A DNA stretch of 64,000 bases from Tubiluchus corallicola. Lineage: Eukaryota > Animalia > Priapulida. Below are positions 1-10,745 of this stretch, one piece after another. The notes under the pieces are model-generated. The model was not told the origin of the DNA. It did not search any database and saw only the letters and a program-made list of their open reading frames with translations. Both the position numbers and the translations under genes were made by a program. The stretch's first letter is position 1. Each line of letters starts with the position of its first letter. The stretch lies in the NCBI GenBank assembly GCA_030141605.1, contig JAQGDQ010002366.1:380660-444659 (forward strand). The letters are read 5' to 3'.

Positions 1-1500
1 ACCTTGCTCCAGTCCAGTGAAGAACATCAGTGCCAAAAGCACAAGCGTCCTACTGTCCTGCAAGACCCTGACTGTCTTATTCATTAAATATCTTGTGCTT
101 TTTCGTCGTGTATGATGATGTCCACCACTGTGACTTGTGCTGGCTTCAAATCGGTCCATAAATACCGTACTCAAAATTGTTGCCAATATGCCACAGCCCA
201 AGAACACAGTCATTATCAGGAACACAGTATTCACTTCCTGTTTGTCATAGAAAACAGTTGTGAAATTGTACAAAAATGGCTTGTCCATCGTGCACACTTG
301 AGCACCGCAAATTAGTTTTGTCCGAAATGGTGACGCTGTACTTTTGATGTTACTGGAATGTTGATCTGTGTAATGTGTGAACACAACAACGGCGACAGTG
401 TTGCCAAGTGCTATGCTCATATTATAAATGGTGCTGAAGATACGATTGAATCTGTTGAGGACGCGCTCCGTAACCTCTTCTGTGATTACGGCATATTTAC
501 GTGCCGTAGCATAGAGGTATAAAGTTTGCGCATTCCACAATGGACACGAGATCAGTCCAGCAATGACTGAAGTAGGAATAATGGTATAATACACCGGGTA
601 TAGATTTGCACCAAAATAGCAGCTGTATATTACGAATGCCATTACGATTGTCCATTTGGGTGTCAGTTTGTTCGTAACAACCGAGCTAAACAATCCCGAA
701 ACTGACATGGCAGCGTAAAAGACAGTGAGTGTTAAAAAGCGCGATGACGATGCTTGTTCTGTTCGGAGTATACTGTGGTAATTTCGCAGGACGTTAAAGC
801 CGGTAAAGTTTAGCATAAATGCTGCGGATAGTATCAGTAAATTTTTCACTGCCCGTATTTGCTTGCAGATGTTACCCTTCTTCGGCTTAAGGTCGAGGTG
901 TTGCAGATGCAGATGGGCTGCTGGAAGAGCTGTCAAAGCAATAGCATGAGGGAGGTAGGCTCCATAGCAGGACACCGACCTTTCAGCCTTCTTGGTACTC
1001 ATGACGTTGACGTCAGAGAGGGACAACCTGATCGCGTGTGCTAGGTCTTTCTTGGCAGGTGATGGTAAGCTTGGCTTTGCACTACTCGATGGGCTGGGAA
1101 GTGGTTCCGGTTTCACACTGATGCTTGTTTTGTGAACTTGGTTATCGCAAAGGGATGACCTTGGTGACATGACCGGTGATGATTCAGGAGATTCTTCAAT
1201 AGATTCAATTGGAGGTTGATGAGACGTCGTAGCACGAGGCGATGACCGATGTCGACTGGAATCAACATTGCTCACTCGCCGACTACCAAATAATCCCAAA
1301 TCAGCTGTGCTTAACTTTCTTCCGGGCAATGCTTCAAATATGGAGTATTTGCGTCCCATTATTTCAGCTGTACTGCATTTGTGTCCTGATCCAGGGACAG
1401 CAGCCGCTATTCCGGGTAGCCCAACTGCAGCCGGAAGTTCAATGACGCTGTACTTCCGAGGAGGGTAGACCCTCTCCAAAGCTGACAACTTTCCGGCCAT
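1..1500 (-). CDS. UNC-93-like (UNC93A/MFSD11 family) MFS membrane protein, 5' part; continues beyond the left window edge
   Basis: Stop-free minus-strand frame from ATG at 1500 (context ATA-ATG-G, in-frame stop at 1522-1524, acceptor TTTCAG at 1555-1560) to position 1. It is absent from the ORF track, probably because it has no stop in the window. Manual translation gives KNLLILSAAFMLNFTGFNVLRNYHS...KLTPKWTIV...YFGANLYPVYYTIIPTSVIAGLISCPLWNAQTLYL...FNRIF...LGNTVA...CGAQVC...LMFFTGLEQG, which matches UNC-93 family TM segments as I recall them. Confidence 0.85.
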   Translation of the reverse strand, partial: MAGKLSALERVYPPRKYSVIELPAAVGLPGIAAAVPGSGHKCSTAEIMGRKYSIFEALPGRKLSTADLGLFGSRRVSNVDSSRHRSSPRATTSHQPPIESIEESPESSPVMSPRSSLCDNQVHKTSISVKPEPLPSPSSSAKPSLPSPAKKDLAHAIRLSLSDVNVMSTKKAERSVSCYGAYLPHAIALTALPAAHLHLQHLDLKPKKGNICKQIRAVKNLLILSAAFMLNFTGFNVLRNYHSILRTEQASSSRFLTLTVFYAAMSVSGLFSSVVTNKLTPKWTIVMAFVIYSCYFGANLYPVYYTIIPTSVIAGLISCPLWNAQTLYLYATARKYAVITEEVTERVLNRFNRIFSTIYNMSIALGNTVAVVVFTHYTDQHSSNIKSTASPFRTKLICGAQVCTMDKPFLYNFTTVFYDKQEVNTVFLIMTVFLGCGILATILSTVFMDRFEASTSHSGGHHHTRRKSTRYLMNKTVRVLQDSRTLVLLALMFFTGLEQG

Positions 1501-2622
1501 TATGATGTGTGCGTGACTGAGTTACACCATAAAATTTTCCACATTCACATTAGTCTGAAACATAATAGTAAAAAAGTATTACTAATTTACTAGTAAAACA
1601 ATGCAGAGACATAATGCAATATGAACTTCAAATGCTGTTAATGAAATGTAAAGCTAATGCGATGTTGTAACGCGTGCTTTTCAGCTAATCTTGGCCTCTA
1701 AAGACATTGCAATTTTATTGTCAAAGAAGCTCAGTCGTATATCTAGTTACTGTATACCAATAGCCAGTTGGTAATTTAGTTGCGTCTCTATGCCAGCATG
1801 AATAATCGGAAGAATCTTTAACACCAAACTTGTCACAGGGATAGCCAAAACACTCACTGCTTTTTGGCTCAGAAGGTCAAATTCAAAACCAAAAGGTCAC
1901 AAGATTAAAAAATGCCAAATACTTTTTTATCTAAAATAAATGAAGTACGTTTATCTTGCTTGTTTAAAAAATAAAACAAAATGCCGTTTAACACAATGCG
2001 TGTCACAAAAGCGAGACCGCTAAAAATATTACAAATTAATTCATTACAGATAAAATTCCACTAATCAATGCACCAGAAATTTTGCGTGACATAATTTTTT
2101 CAAGTAGCAACAAAGCTGTGTTTATTAAGCGTTCATTAAAATGACTCAAAGCAAAGCCTGAAAAATCTTGTCAATATTTTTGCATGCGTGACATGCAGTA
2201 AAGCTACTGAAGTGTATGTTCATAAATAATTCTAAAAGCTTGCATTTTATTTGCGCGCAGTGAAACCTTTTGTTTAATGCGTCATTCTGCTTTTGAGCAC
2301 TAACAGTTAAACCGAGTACGAGCAATAAAATCACAACGCACCAATCTATAATCACCAAACTTGTTGGTCATTCTGCCGTGAAGCCTTCCAGTATGATTCT
2401 AACGTTACGAACATTATTACTACTTTAGGTCGTGAAGTACTAATTGTATATTTAAATGGTACGATGCTAAAGCATAGTAAAATATTAAGTTATATAATTG
2501 CACATTTTGTAGAAATGATGTTTTTGTGTACTCATTTGCTTTTTTGTTTTTAGTACTGCTTGAATTTTGTTGTTTGTTAAACCCTATAAACGTTGTCACA
2601 GTTAATTATGTACATGAAAGAG

Positions 2623-3049
2623 CCAACATGTTTATTAAGCGCATACAGTCGTTTCGACTTAGCAGTCATTATCGATGCCATAAATTAAACCAAAAACTTT
2701 TAATCAGTACATTTGATACTGGAATATTTAAGCCCATAATATGTCATTACATAATCAAAGAATAGAATGCAAATTGTCAGAATAAAAGTTGATATAACTA
2801 GAAAGACATTCAAAAGGAATGTAAAAATTTACCGTCTGACCAACTCACTTCTTACATTTCTTTTGAAATTCTTTCTAGTTATATCCACGTGTGTTCTAAC
2901 TATTTAAATTCTATTCTTTGTTTTTGTAACGGTATATTGTATGTCTTAATACTGCAGTATCAAATGTGCTAATTATTCTTTTTGGTTTCCTTTATATTTG
3001 AAAATGACTTGCTAAGTCGAAACGCTCGTCTGCGGTTAATAAATGTAGG
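2623..3049. mobile_element. Foldback (long inverted repeat) element with Penelope-like hammerhead-type motifs at both arm ends
   Basis: Arms ~2623-2824 and ~2852-3049 are diverged reverse complements, e.g. GATATAACTAGAAAG / CTTTCTAGTTATATC, CAAAGAATAGAAT / ATTCTATTCTTTG, CATTTGATACTG / CAGTATCAAATG, CGTTTCGACTTAGCA / TGCTAAGTCGAAACG. Confidence 0.75.
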
Positions 3050-3263
3050 AATTATCTTTCTTCTTAGAATATAAGAGTGATCTCCTGAAACTTACCGTCT
3101 TTACTACATGAATAAAAAGCTACCCTCTTCTTAGTTTCAAAAAGATTTTTTATTTATTTCAGGAGCATTCGCCGTATTATTCATATATCTTTCTTCTTTT
3201 TGGTCCAAGCCAAGGACTGCCATCCGGTCCTTGTTGATGTTTTAAACAATTTGTCTTCTTTTC

Positions 3264-3395
3264 CCTCATCGTCGTCATCATCATCATTCTCACCATCGTC
3301 ATCATTTGTCGTCATAATCTTCATCTGTCATTGTCATCATCATTATCGTCTACATTGTCATCGCCGTTATCACTATTATCGCAACATCATGATTG
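3264..3395 (+). repeat. Degenerate (CAT/CGT)n trinucleotide low-complexity repeat
   Basis: Runs of tcatcgtcgtcatcatcatcat are visible directly. Confidence 0.7.
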
Positions 3396-6300
3396 TTGCC
3401 ATTGCTGCTTCATTGAATGCGTGCCCTCAATGACGTCAACCCGATCAAATTGATACGAATAACCAAGTTACTAACTTTTAAAAAAATTGTAGGTTACTGC
3501 TAATAACTAAGTACGGATACCTGGTAGATCCTGCACCAATTAATAACTGTGGATTCTGCAGTCTCACAATTCAACCTACTACGATTATTTCTTTCTCCGC
3601 ATCCTCAGGAGATCCAGTCTAGTAATTATCCACCCGCATCATCCTGTCGTAATTTTGCCTGACCTTTCGGCGCAGTGACAGCTAAAGGAAGCTTTATTTT
3701 ACAGCTGTTGTAATTAAGTAACCCATAAAATGAACGCGTGAGACCGCTTTCTGACAAAAATCAATTAGATGGGCTTGTAAAAAATTAAAACAAAGTTAAT
3801 GCACTTACAGCAAACGTATAATTATCGTTAATGGATGTAGCGGAAAGATTGCAGGTATACGATAAAATAATTATTATGTACTATTAGTGGATTTACTTTT
3901 CTCGCTTCCTTTCACTAGCGGTACACTATTTAGTCCACAGGGGTTTCATGTAGCCAGTGTTTGATCCAATAATTCTACGGATATGCGTGTATATAGCACA
4001 AATAACGGCAGAATGTCTTTCAAGTCTTAAATAGTTTTTTGTTGATGTTCGCACAAAGAAGATTTTCAACCTCAAGAAGTTTATTCTCAGCACCGCTAGA
4101 CCATGTGCAGGTTGTTTACTGTCATCATATCAATATTATGTACGGTATGTATCCATCAGTCGATATTTAGAGTAGAGTATTTATTTAGAGTAAAACTGTT
4201 AAGAGAAATAGGATAAATTACATTTAGAAGACACTTTACGAAATTAAGCTATTTTATTCAACTGTGAACTCTAACAGGTTCTAAAAATATACCAGTGAAT
4301 CCAAACCTTGCATTTGCGAATTAAATTGACTCAGTATCTAAAACGCAAAGTTGCTCTTCAATATAGAACTGTGGGCTAAAGCACAACAATGCATGTACGT
4401 AGTTAGCAGTAGTGCATGCATTGATTTGTTTAAATAATCGATTTCTGTCAAGTGTTTGCTCCATGTCATTCATCCAGTATTTACTACTGGAACTAATTTG
4501 AAAATTGGTCATTTATAACTCTTGAGCCATGGGTCCTAAGTGTCCTTAAGTTCTGAAGTATCAGCACATTATTGGCTCCCAAGAGCAAGACAGTTTGACA
4601 TCTGTCCAATGCTCAGAACAAAGGCCAGAGAAGTTTGGTGCTAAAATTTATTACTGAAAAGTTTAAAATACCCATTGGTTTTCTCCAAATATTCAAAGTT
4701 GACCTCACTTAACAGTAAATTTACAAACTGTAAAAAGTTTCATGCAAACGCTTAATACTTGCAATCATTTTAGTTAGGTGATTGTTGTTTAATTCATATG
4801 TCTGTAATTATTATATATATATATATATTGTTTTAAATCCAATCTGGGAAACTAACAATCAATTTTCATTGAGAATTCAGTGAATTCAATTCGCAGTTAA
4901 TTCAATCGTATGCTTATAGTAAGCAAGCATAGTATATGATCACGTAAACCACAATGTGCTAAATGATGACTTGCAGATTAAGAGCTAATGCTCATGCTGA
5001 TGCTGATGCTGTCGTTGGGTTCCTTCAATTGCGATACTTTTGAAAAACACACAGATCTTTTCTATAAAAATGAGAAACACTGTACATCGTTGTTTTTTAG
5101 TCAGCAGTAGATTAAGACTGAGAATATCCATTTTTTCTAAGTCTATAATAATGAACTATCAATAAAGGCTGGCTGAATGTCTTTATGTGATTAACAGACG
5201 TTTCGCTCCACTTTGAGCGTTGCCAATGTTGTAAAAATTTGTATTGCTAAAAGTAAACATGCAACATTGTAACAACAAATAGTTCTACGAATCTACACTA
5301 TGTGTAACAGAGTAGGCCTATGCCAAATTAACATTACGCTGTAACTTATACAATTCATTCTGTTTTATTCCATCTAGCAAAGCTTCATTTAGCATTGCCA
5401 GAGATTCGCGAGCCTATTCAATTCATTTTATTTCTGTCAATGCCAGCTTCTTACGTGATTGAAATTTTGAAATCTACATCAAACAAGTGCTCTAAATAAC
5501 CACGTTCTTATAATTGTTGTTTGACTTGTCGATGTTTGACATTTAACATTAAACAGCGTTTGTGGTACTCAACGGGTTGATTTTTCGAAAAAGAAAAGTG
5601 CTTTAATAATTTAGTTTCAACTGCACACGGCAAACAAGCAGGTACTTAAGTTTTTTTACAAGCATCGGCACTGTGAAAGCACGACTGAGTGTTCAACGTG
5701 ACAGGCTATACATAATGTAGACCTAGATAGCGGTGGCTGGATCAGACACTAGCTCACGGTCTAGAAAAATCACATGACAACTGCAAGGTGAGCTGACAGA
5801 GCTTCTGATGCGTTTATATGATATATATTTTAATTAGCATTACAGCAAGTAAAACCGCACAGAAACAGTTATCATGTCAGTTACGCGTCCAATTTCTAAC
5901 TTTGCACAAAGTTGCTTAAGTTGGGATGCTCAGCTATTCTTGCTGCAATCACAGTGCATTCCAACTTTACGCTTGATAAAATCTTGGAGTTGGAATTCGC
6001 AGGTGAAGAAACAATTAGTTTGGGAGTAAACAGATTGTAATAGAAATTCACTTGTTTAAATGGAGGCACTAAATGTACCAAATCTTAATAATTTACATGT
6101 TAAAATCCACATCTTCATCAGTCGTCTGGATCTCAAAAGAGATAGGTTGATAGATCCCAACTGCTGTTAGGTTGGTCAGCTATCAGATTAGTTAGACATT
6201 TCAGAATGGCTAATTATTTTCTCGACGTTTTGTTTAGTAATTTGAACTTTAGGATGCCTTTGGCTAGCCCTTCTTTCCGTTAGGTCCCGCCGTTGAATAT

Positions 6301-7911
6301 TCCGCATAGACTCAAGTTGTACCAAACTATATAGAATAATACAGGTGGTAAGCTTGAGTGAATACAAAACTGCATATTTGGGTCATTACTTTTATGTAAC
6401 TTGTATTACTTAGCGAATCAACATTATAAGGTATAGGCGCACTTTGGTGTTGTAATGACGGCCGCCAAAAAGAAGACAGAAAGACAAAAACAAGATTTAT
6501 TTACCGTCGCTCACTTAACAGACAATATTAGCACTACACTATTTAGCAGCAATACGGGTAAGGACACAGCACACAAATAACGAATAACATGTAAGGTATA
6601 TGCCTTGGCGTTGGCAGTCGCTAGTATCGGACTCGAGACTGCCAATACTGGATTCCTGTAATCTTGTACTCCATAACCAGTGGTGACGACGCAAAAATGC
6701 GAATTGAATGCAGAAATTTATAAGTAGAAACTGCCAGACTTCAATCACGTGTTCCTCATGCTGGTTGCGATTACGGGGTATGTGCTGAGCAGGAAAATAC
6801 ACCAATCCATTCACAAACTGTATTGGCGAGGCCATTCCATATCAGCAGTTTCATACGTGGTATGCAATGAGCATATGCAAAGGCTTCCTTTCGAAGCAAT
6901 CCATTGCAATATGGAAGGGTGTACCTGAAATTATACTGAAAATCTTGAATTGCTTAAAATTAAAGTAAATTGGCAACTCATCACGTTCCTCTATCTTTCA
7001 CGTTCAGGCAAAAACAATTTTTCAGCTTCTAGAGTTGAACGCAACAGCTACCTGTTCAGTTTGTCAAGCTTGAGAACTACAAACTTCAACACACCAACTT
7101 TAAAATATTAAAGATAGAAGCAACTGCGTTATGTTTGCTTAACAGAGCCACAAGGAAATCCTCAATATTTTCACTCTGAAGCCACGTTTTAGAACAAATC
7201 TACAAAAACGTTTTCACATGAAGCCACTTTGTACGCTTTCTGGTTTACGTTCCTTCATTCTAAATTTCTAATCTAATTTGAAGGCAATGAGACCTTCTAA
7301 ACATTTGAAGGACTCCTGGATATTGACATATTATTTCCACGGAAAACGTTTCAAACAAATAATTAATACTTGCCTGTAAATAATTGATTAAATGAAGTCT
7401 ATAGCAGCTGCAAGTTGCTTTTTATTGTTCCTTGTAATTAGTTTGGCCAGCTAGACAAGCAAAAGGGTCAGCTACAAAATTGACAAACGATTTATCATAA
7501 AGTTGCATCTCAAATCAGAGCGAGGTAAAATTAAGCAGTACGGGATCTGCAAAGTTCTCGGCTTGGTGAGAAACTCTGTCACATTCTGCAAACAGTGACC
7601 ATGGAAAAAAGTAAAAAGATTTGCAAATTATGGAAAATGGTTTTACATCATTTGTTATACAATTTGTAAATATGTATAACAAATATTTTGTGCAATATAA
7701 GCAAAAAAAATCTTTTTAGCACATAACTCCATGGATACTGGGGTATGTCTTATTAAAAAGTAAAATTTATTGTCTTTATTTACGATAGCATTTTTACAAC
7801 TGAACATCAAAAATAGATTTAGAAGTAAGTCCAGTAAAACTCTAAGCAGAATATCTATAAGTTAAAAAAAGCACGAAAGCAGTACTAAATTAGAAACTCT
7901 GTAAACCTTTG

Positions 7912-7983
7912 TACAGCCACTGAGACTTGAACCCAAGACCTTCTGCTTTTGGGTAACTATGCTAACCATTACACCACAGAGGT
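7912..7983 (-). pseudogene. tRNA-derived SINE head / tRNA pseudogene
   Basis: Minus strand reads ACCTCTGTGGTGTAATGGTTAGCATAG...AAGGTCTTGGGTTCAAGTCTCAGTGGCTGTA. Pol III A box (TGGTGTAATGG) and B box (GGTTCAAGTC) lie at tRNA spacing, but the anticodon and acceptor stems are poorly paired. Confidence 0.6.
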
Positions 7984-9499
7984 ACTTGACCTACGATAAA
8001 CAATTAAAGGCGTAGCAACAGGTAGTCATATATGACCTTTACTTGAAAACGGCACAGGTTGAATACGGCTACTGTCGTACTGAACGATTAATTAATAACA
8101 AAAGCGGCGTTCGTGCAAGGCTAGCTGCTCTTGCGGTGGCCGACATTACTGCTGAGCTGTTACACACATGTACCAACCATCAGACGAGCAGCAGACAATA
8201 ACGCAGAATACTTTCACGTTATGTCCACACTGTCATAAGTAATTCGGCAGTGACGATACAGCAGTTTCACTTTTTTGCTAATTTTCATCCGCAAGCAGTG
8301 TCGATCTAAGAGAATCCATATGGTGACTTTTTGTCATTGTTCATGTATGGCATTCATTTATCTTAGACAGCTACTTTCAATTCATGTTAAATCGCCAACG
8401 CAGAGGGCTAAAGTCACGAAACTTGCAAAATAGACACCTGGTGTACTGGCCTCGACATTATGCCATACCATATTGGAAACTTTGGATGTGGCAAGGGCTG
8501 TCAACTTGGCCTAACGCCAGAAGCTTTAAATCTTTATTATGTTACTTGATGATTAACGAAAATAAATCAGCAATGGTACAAGGAGAAAGAAAACCAGGGA
8601 TTATTGCCGAAGAAAAATAACAAATACTTATTTAGTAGTCGTCATCAAAAACTTTATTGTCGATTGACAACATGCTAATTCGTCGTTAACATAAAGACGT
8701 ACAACACTGAGAATTGATCATTACCTATATGTGCACCTATAACTGAAGCTAATTTCCATAATTTCCAAAACAAATGCGGGACAGCAGGCGGTTCTTCTAA
8801 ACAACTGGTGAAATTCTGTTCCGTCTAAAGCTTTCCTTTTGTCGATTTTTGAGAATCAATCTAGAAATGAATCACTCATTTACTGGACTTCTTACTAATG
8901 AAAATCTGGTAATCCGTGTGGCTACAAATTCATTTTGTTTAGACAGAAATCTGAAACTGAACAGAATGGAGGTAAATTGCTTTCAGCCAGATAAGCCGCA
9001 GACTCCTCGATGGCTTTGCAGCTGCAATTCCATGTTTCCTGCGCTTGATTTAATTGTCTATTTGTAATGGAGTGGAGCCGGCTAATCATTAGCATGTAGT
9101 TGTGATGGGCTTCAGCAAGAAAAAAAAGAAAATCGAAACAAGTGAAGCCAGAGCAGCAACACAGAAAATTTTCCATGATGTGCAGACAGCATTATCTTCA
9201 GAAAATGGCAAGTGCAGAGAAAATTGAAGTCCTGAAAGAAATGGAATGATTCTGTTGTCTTGCAGCAAAAACGTTATTGGCGTGTTTACTTAAGTTTATC
9301 AGCTGTATAATTGCTTGTATTTGCATCAGACTCGGTTTCAGTTAAAATTATCTTTTCAAACTGAAACATTCAGCGCCAAGACAATTCCGACAATTTTCCT
9401 GTCCTGCTGTTTGAAATAGACATGTTTGAAGTATCAGGTCCCTTCTATATAAGTCTGCCTTGTTTCGTTACTGAAATTCTATCCAACGAATCAGTTTTC

Positions 9500-10260
9500 C
9501 CAACGCAGGCAGGCTTTAATCTGTCATTTGATAACAACTTTCCGTAGTGGAGGTAGAATGGTTCCTCGTTTTGCAAATACATATTTGCTTGTATCTAATC
9601 GTTTTGACACCAATGTGGCCTTTGTGCTATGAGAAAAAGTCCTCGTAAGAGTCATCTTTCGTGTGGATTCCTTCAGAAATATTCTTGGCTTTGTGACTAT
9701 CACCTTCGCTGACAAGATTGTCAGTTTTGCAGATGAGTACTGCAAAGTCGTCTTTGGGAATTGTTCAACTATACTATATCTGCGTGTATCGAAGTGTTGA
9801 GCTGGTGAAGCTAATTTCCCTGCCGACTAAAGTGTGACAATGCACTTTTTCGGTTTGACATGTCATGCATGTTTTTGCCCATAGTGCAGTGTATTTCTTA
9901 AGGCCATCCCATACAAAAGTTGATGTATTTACTGTCCTTGTGGTACGAATCGATGGATGAGACAATTTATGTATCGTGTCAAAATGCCACGTTACCATTT
10001 CTGCAGTACGGATGCATTCTACCAAAGGATCGCTTTGCCTGAGTTGGCGATTGGAACGTTTTTAAAAGTAAAAATAAAGACAAAGACAGCGTGGTAAGCT
10101 TGTACATTTTTATCTTCCCATTGTAAATAGGCCATAGCTTCACAACCGAGACTTGGTAACACAGCACTGATTATTACTGCACGTGATAGGGTGTCAGCTA
10201 CAACGTTATGTTACCCATCGATATGCTGGGTGCTTGTTGAAAATTCTGAAATGCAGGTTG
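9500..10260 (-). mobile_element. Degenerate Ty3/Gypsy LTR-retrotransposon pol relic (RNase H end, integrase H2C2 zinc finger, integrase C-terminus)
   Basis: Minus-strand peptides ISEFSTSTQHIDG*HNVVADTLSR (RNase H end), FDTIHKLSHPSIRTT...FVWDGLKKYTALWAKTCMTCQTEKVHCHT (H2C2 zinc finger), SKYVFAKR and DRLKPA (integrase C-terminus). Stops and frameshifts are present and the integrase core appears largely deleted. Confidence 0.8.
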
Positions 10261-10611
10261 TTTTGAACTGTCCATAGATCACAAATTCTTGAAAAATAAT
10301 TTGCATATCGATTGCAATGACAACGGTGTAGTTAACATGCTTTAGCGTGCAGTAATAAGCAATGATGCGTTACCAAGTGTGGGTTTTGAAACCAGCTGTT
10401 GCCCATTGTTTCTACATACGCTGTACCATATTATTAAATGACAACTTACGTTGAGTGCTTGATACATTCAATAATTCAAAAACCTAACAATGGGACCACA
10501 ACCATGTACATTTTAGTGTGGTAGTACAGCTTTCAATACATTATTGAATTACTGATTTTTGAATTATTGATTATATACATATATACATATTTTTCGCAAA
10601 CTTTACACTCC

Positions 10612-10745
10612 TAGAAAACGGGAACGTGCCAGGGGCAGTGCTTGAGGAGGTCGGATAGCCCGTTCGATGTTGGGTGACATAAGAATATTTAGAACTCGCG
10701 GCAGCGCCCCGGCTTCCCGGAACGGGTGTTTTCCCGGACCCAACT
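10612..10745 (+). repeat. Dispersed GC-rich repeat, copy 1 (related to 19477-19610)
   Basis: Shares the colinear blocks AACGGGAACG, GATAGCC-GTTC, ATATTTAGAA-TCGCG and AACGGG-GTTTTCCCGGACCCAACT with copy 2. Confidence 0.65.

Noticed and set aside
112-1468. Several plus-strand ORFs in the track
   Set aside because: They are antisense shadows of the minus-strand UNC-93-like exon.
6539-6930. Possible minus-strand exon (98-aa ORF, upstream TTTCAG)
   Set aside because: No recognisable homology or compatible partner exon; could be UTR or TE-derived, so it is unsupported.
7912-7983. Functional tRNA genes here and at 31260-31332
   Set aside because: A/B boxes are present but the acceptor and anticodon stems do not pair; treated as SINE heads or pseudogenes.
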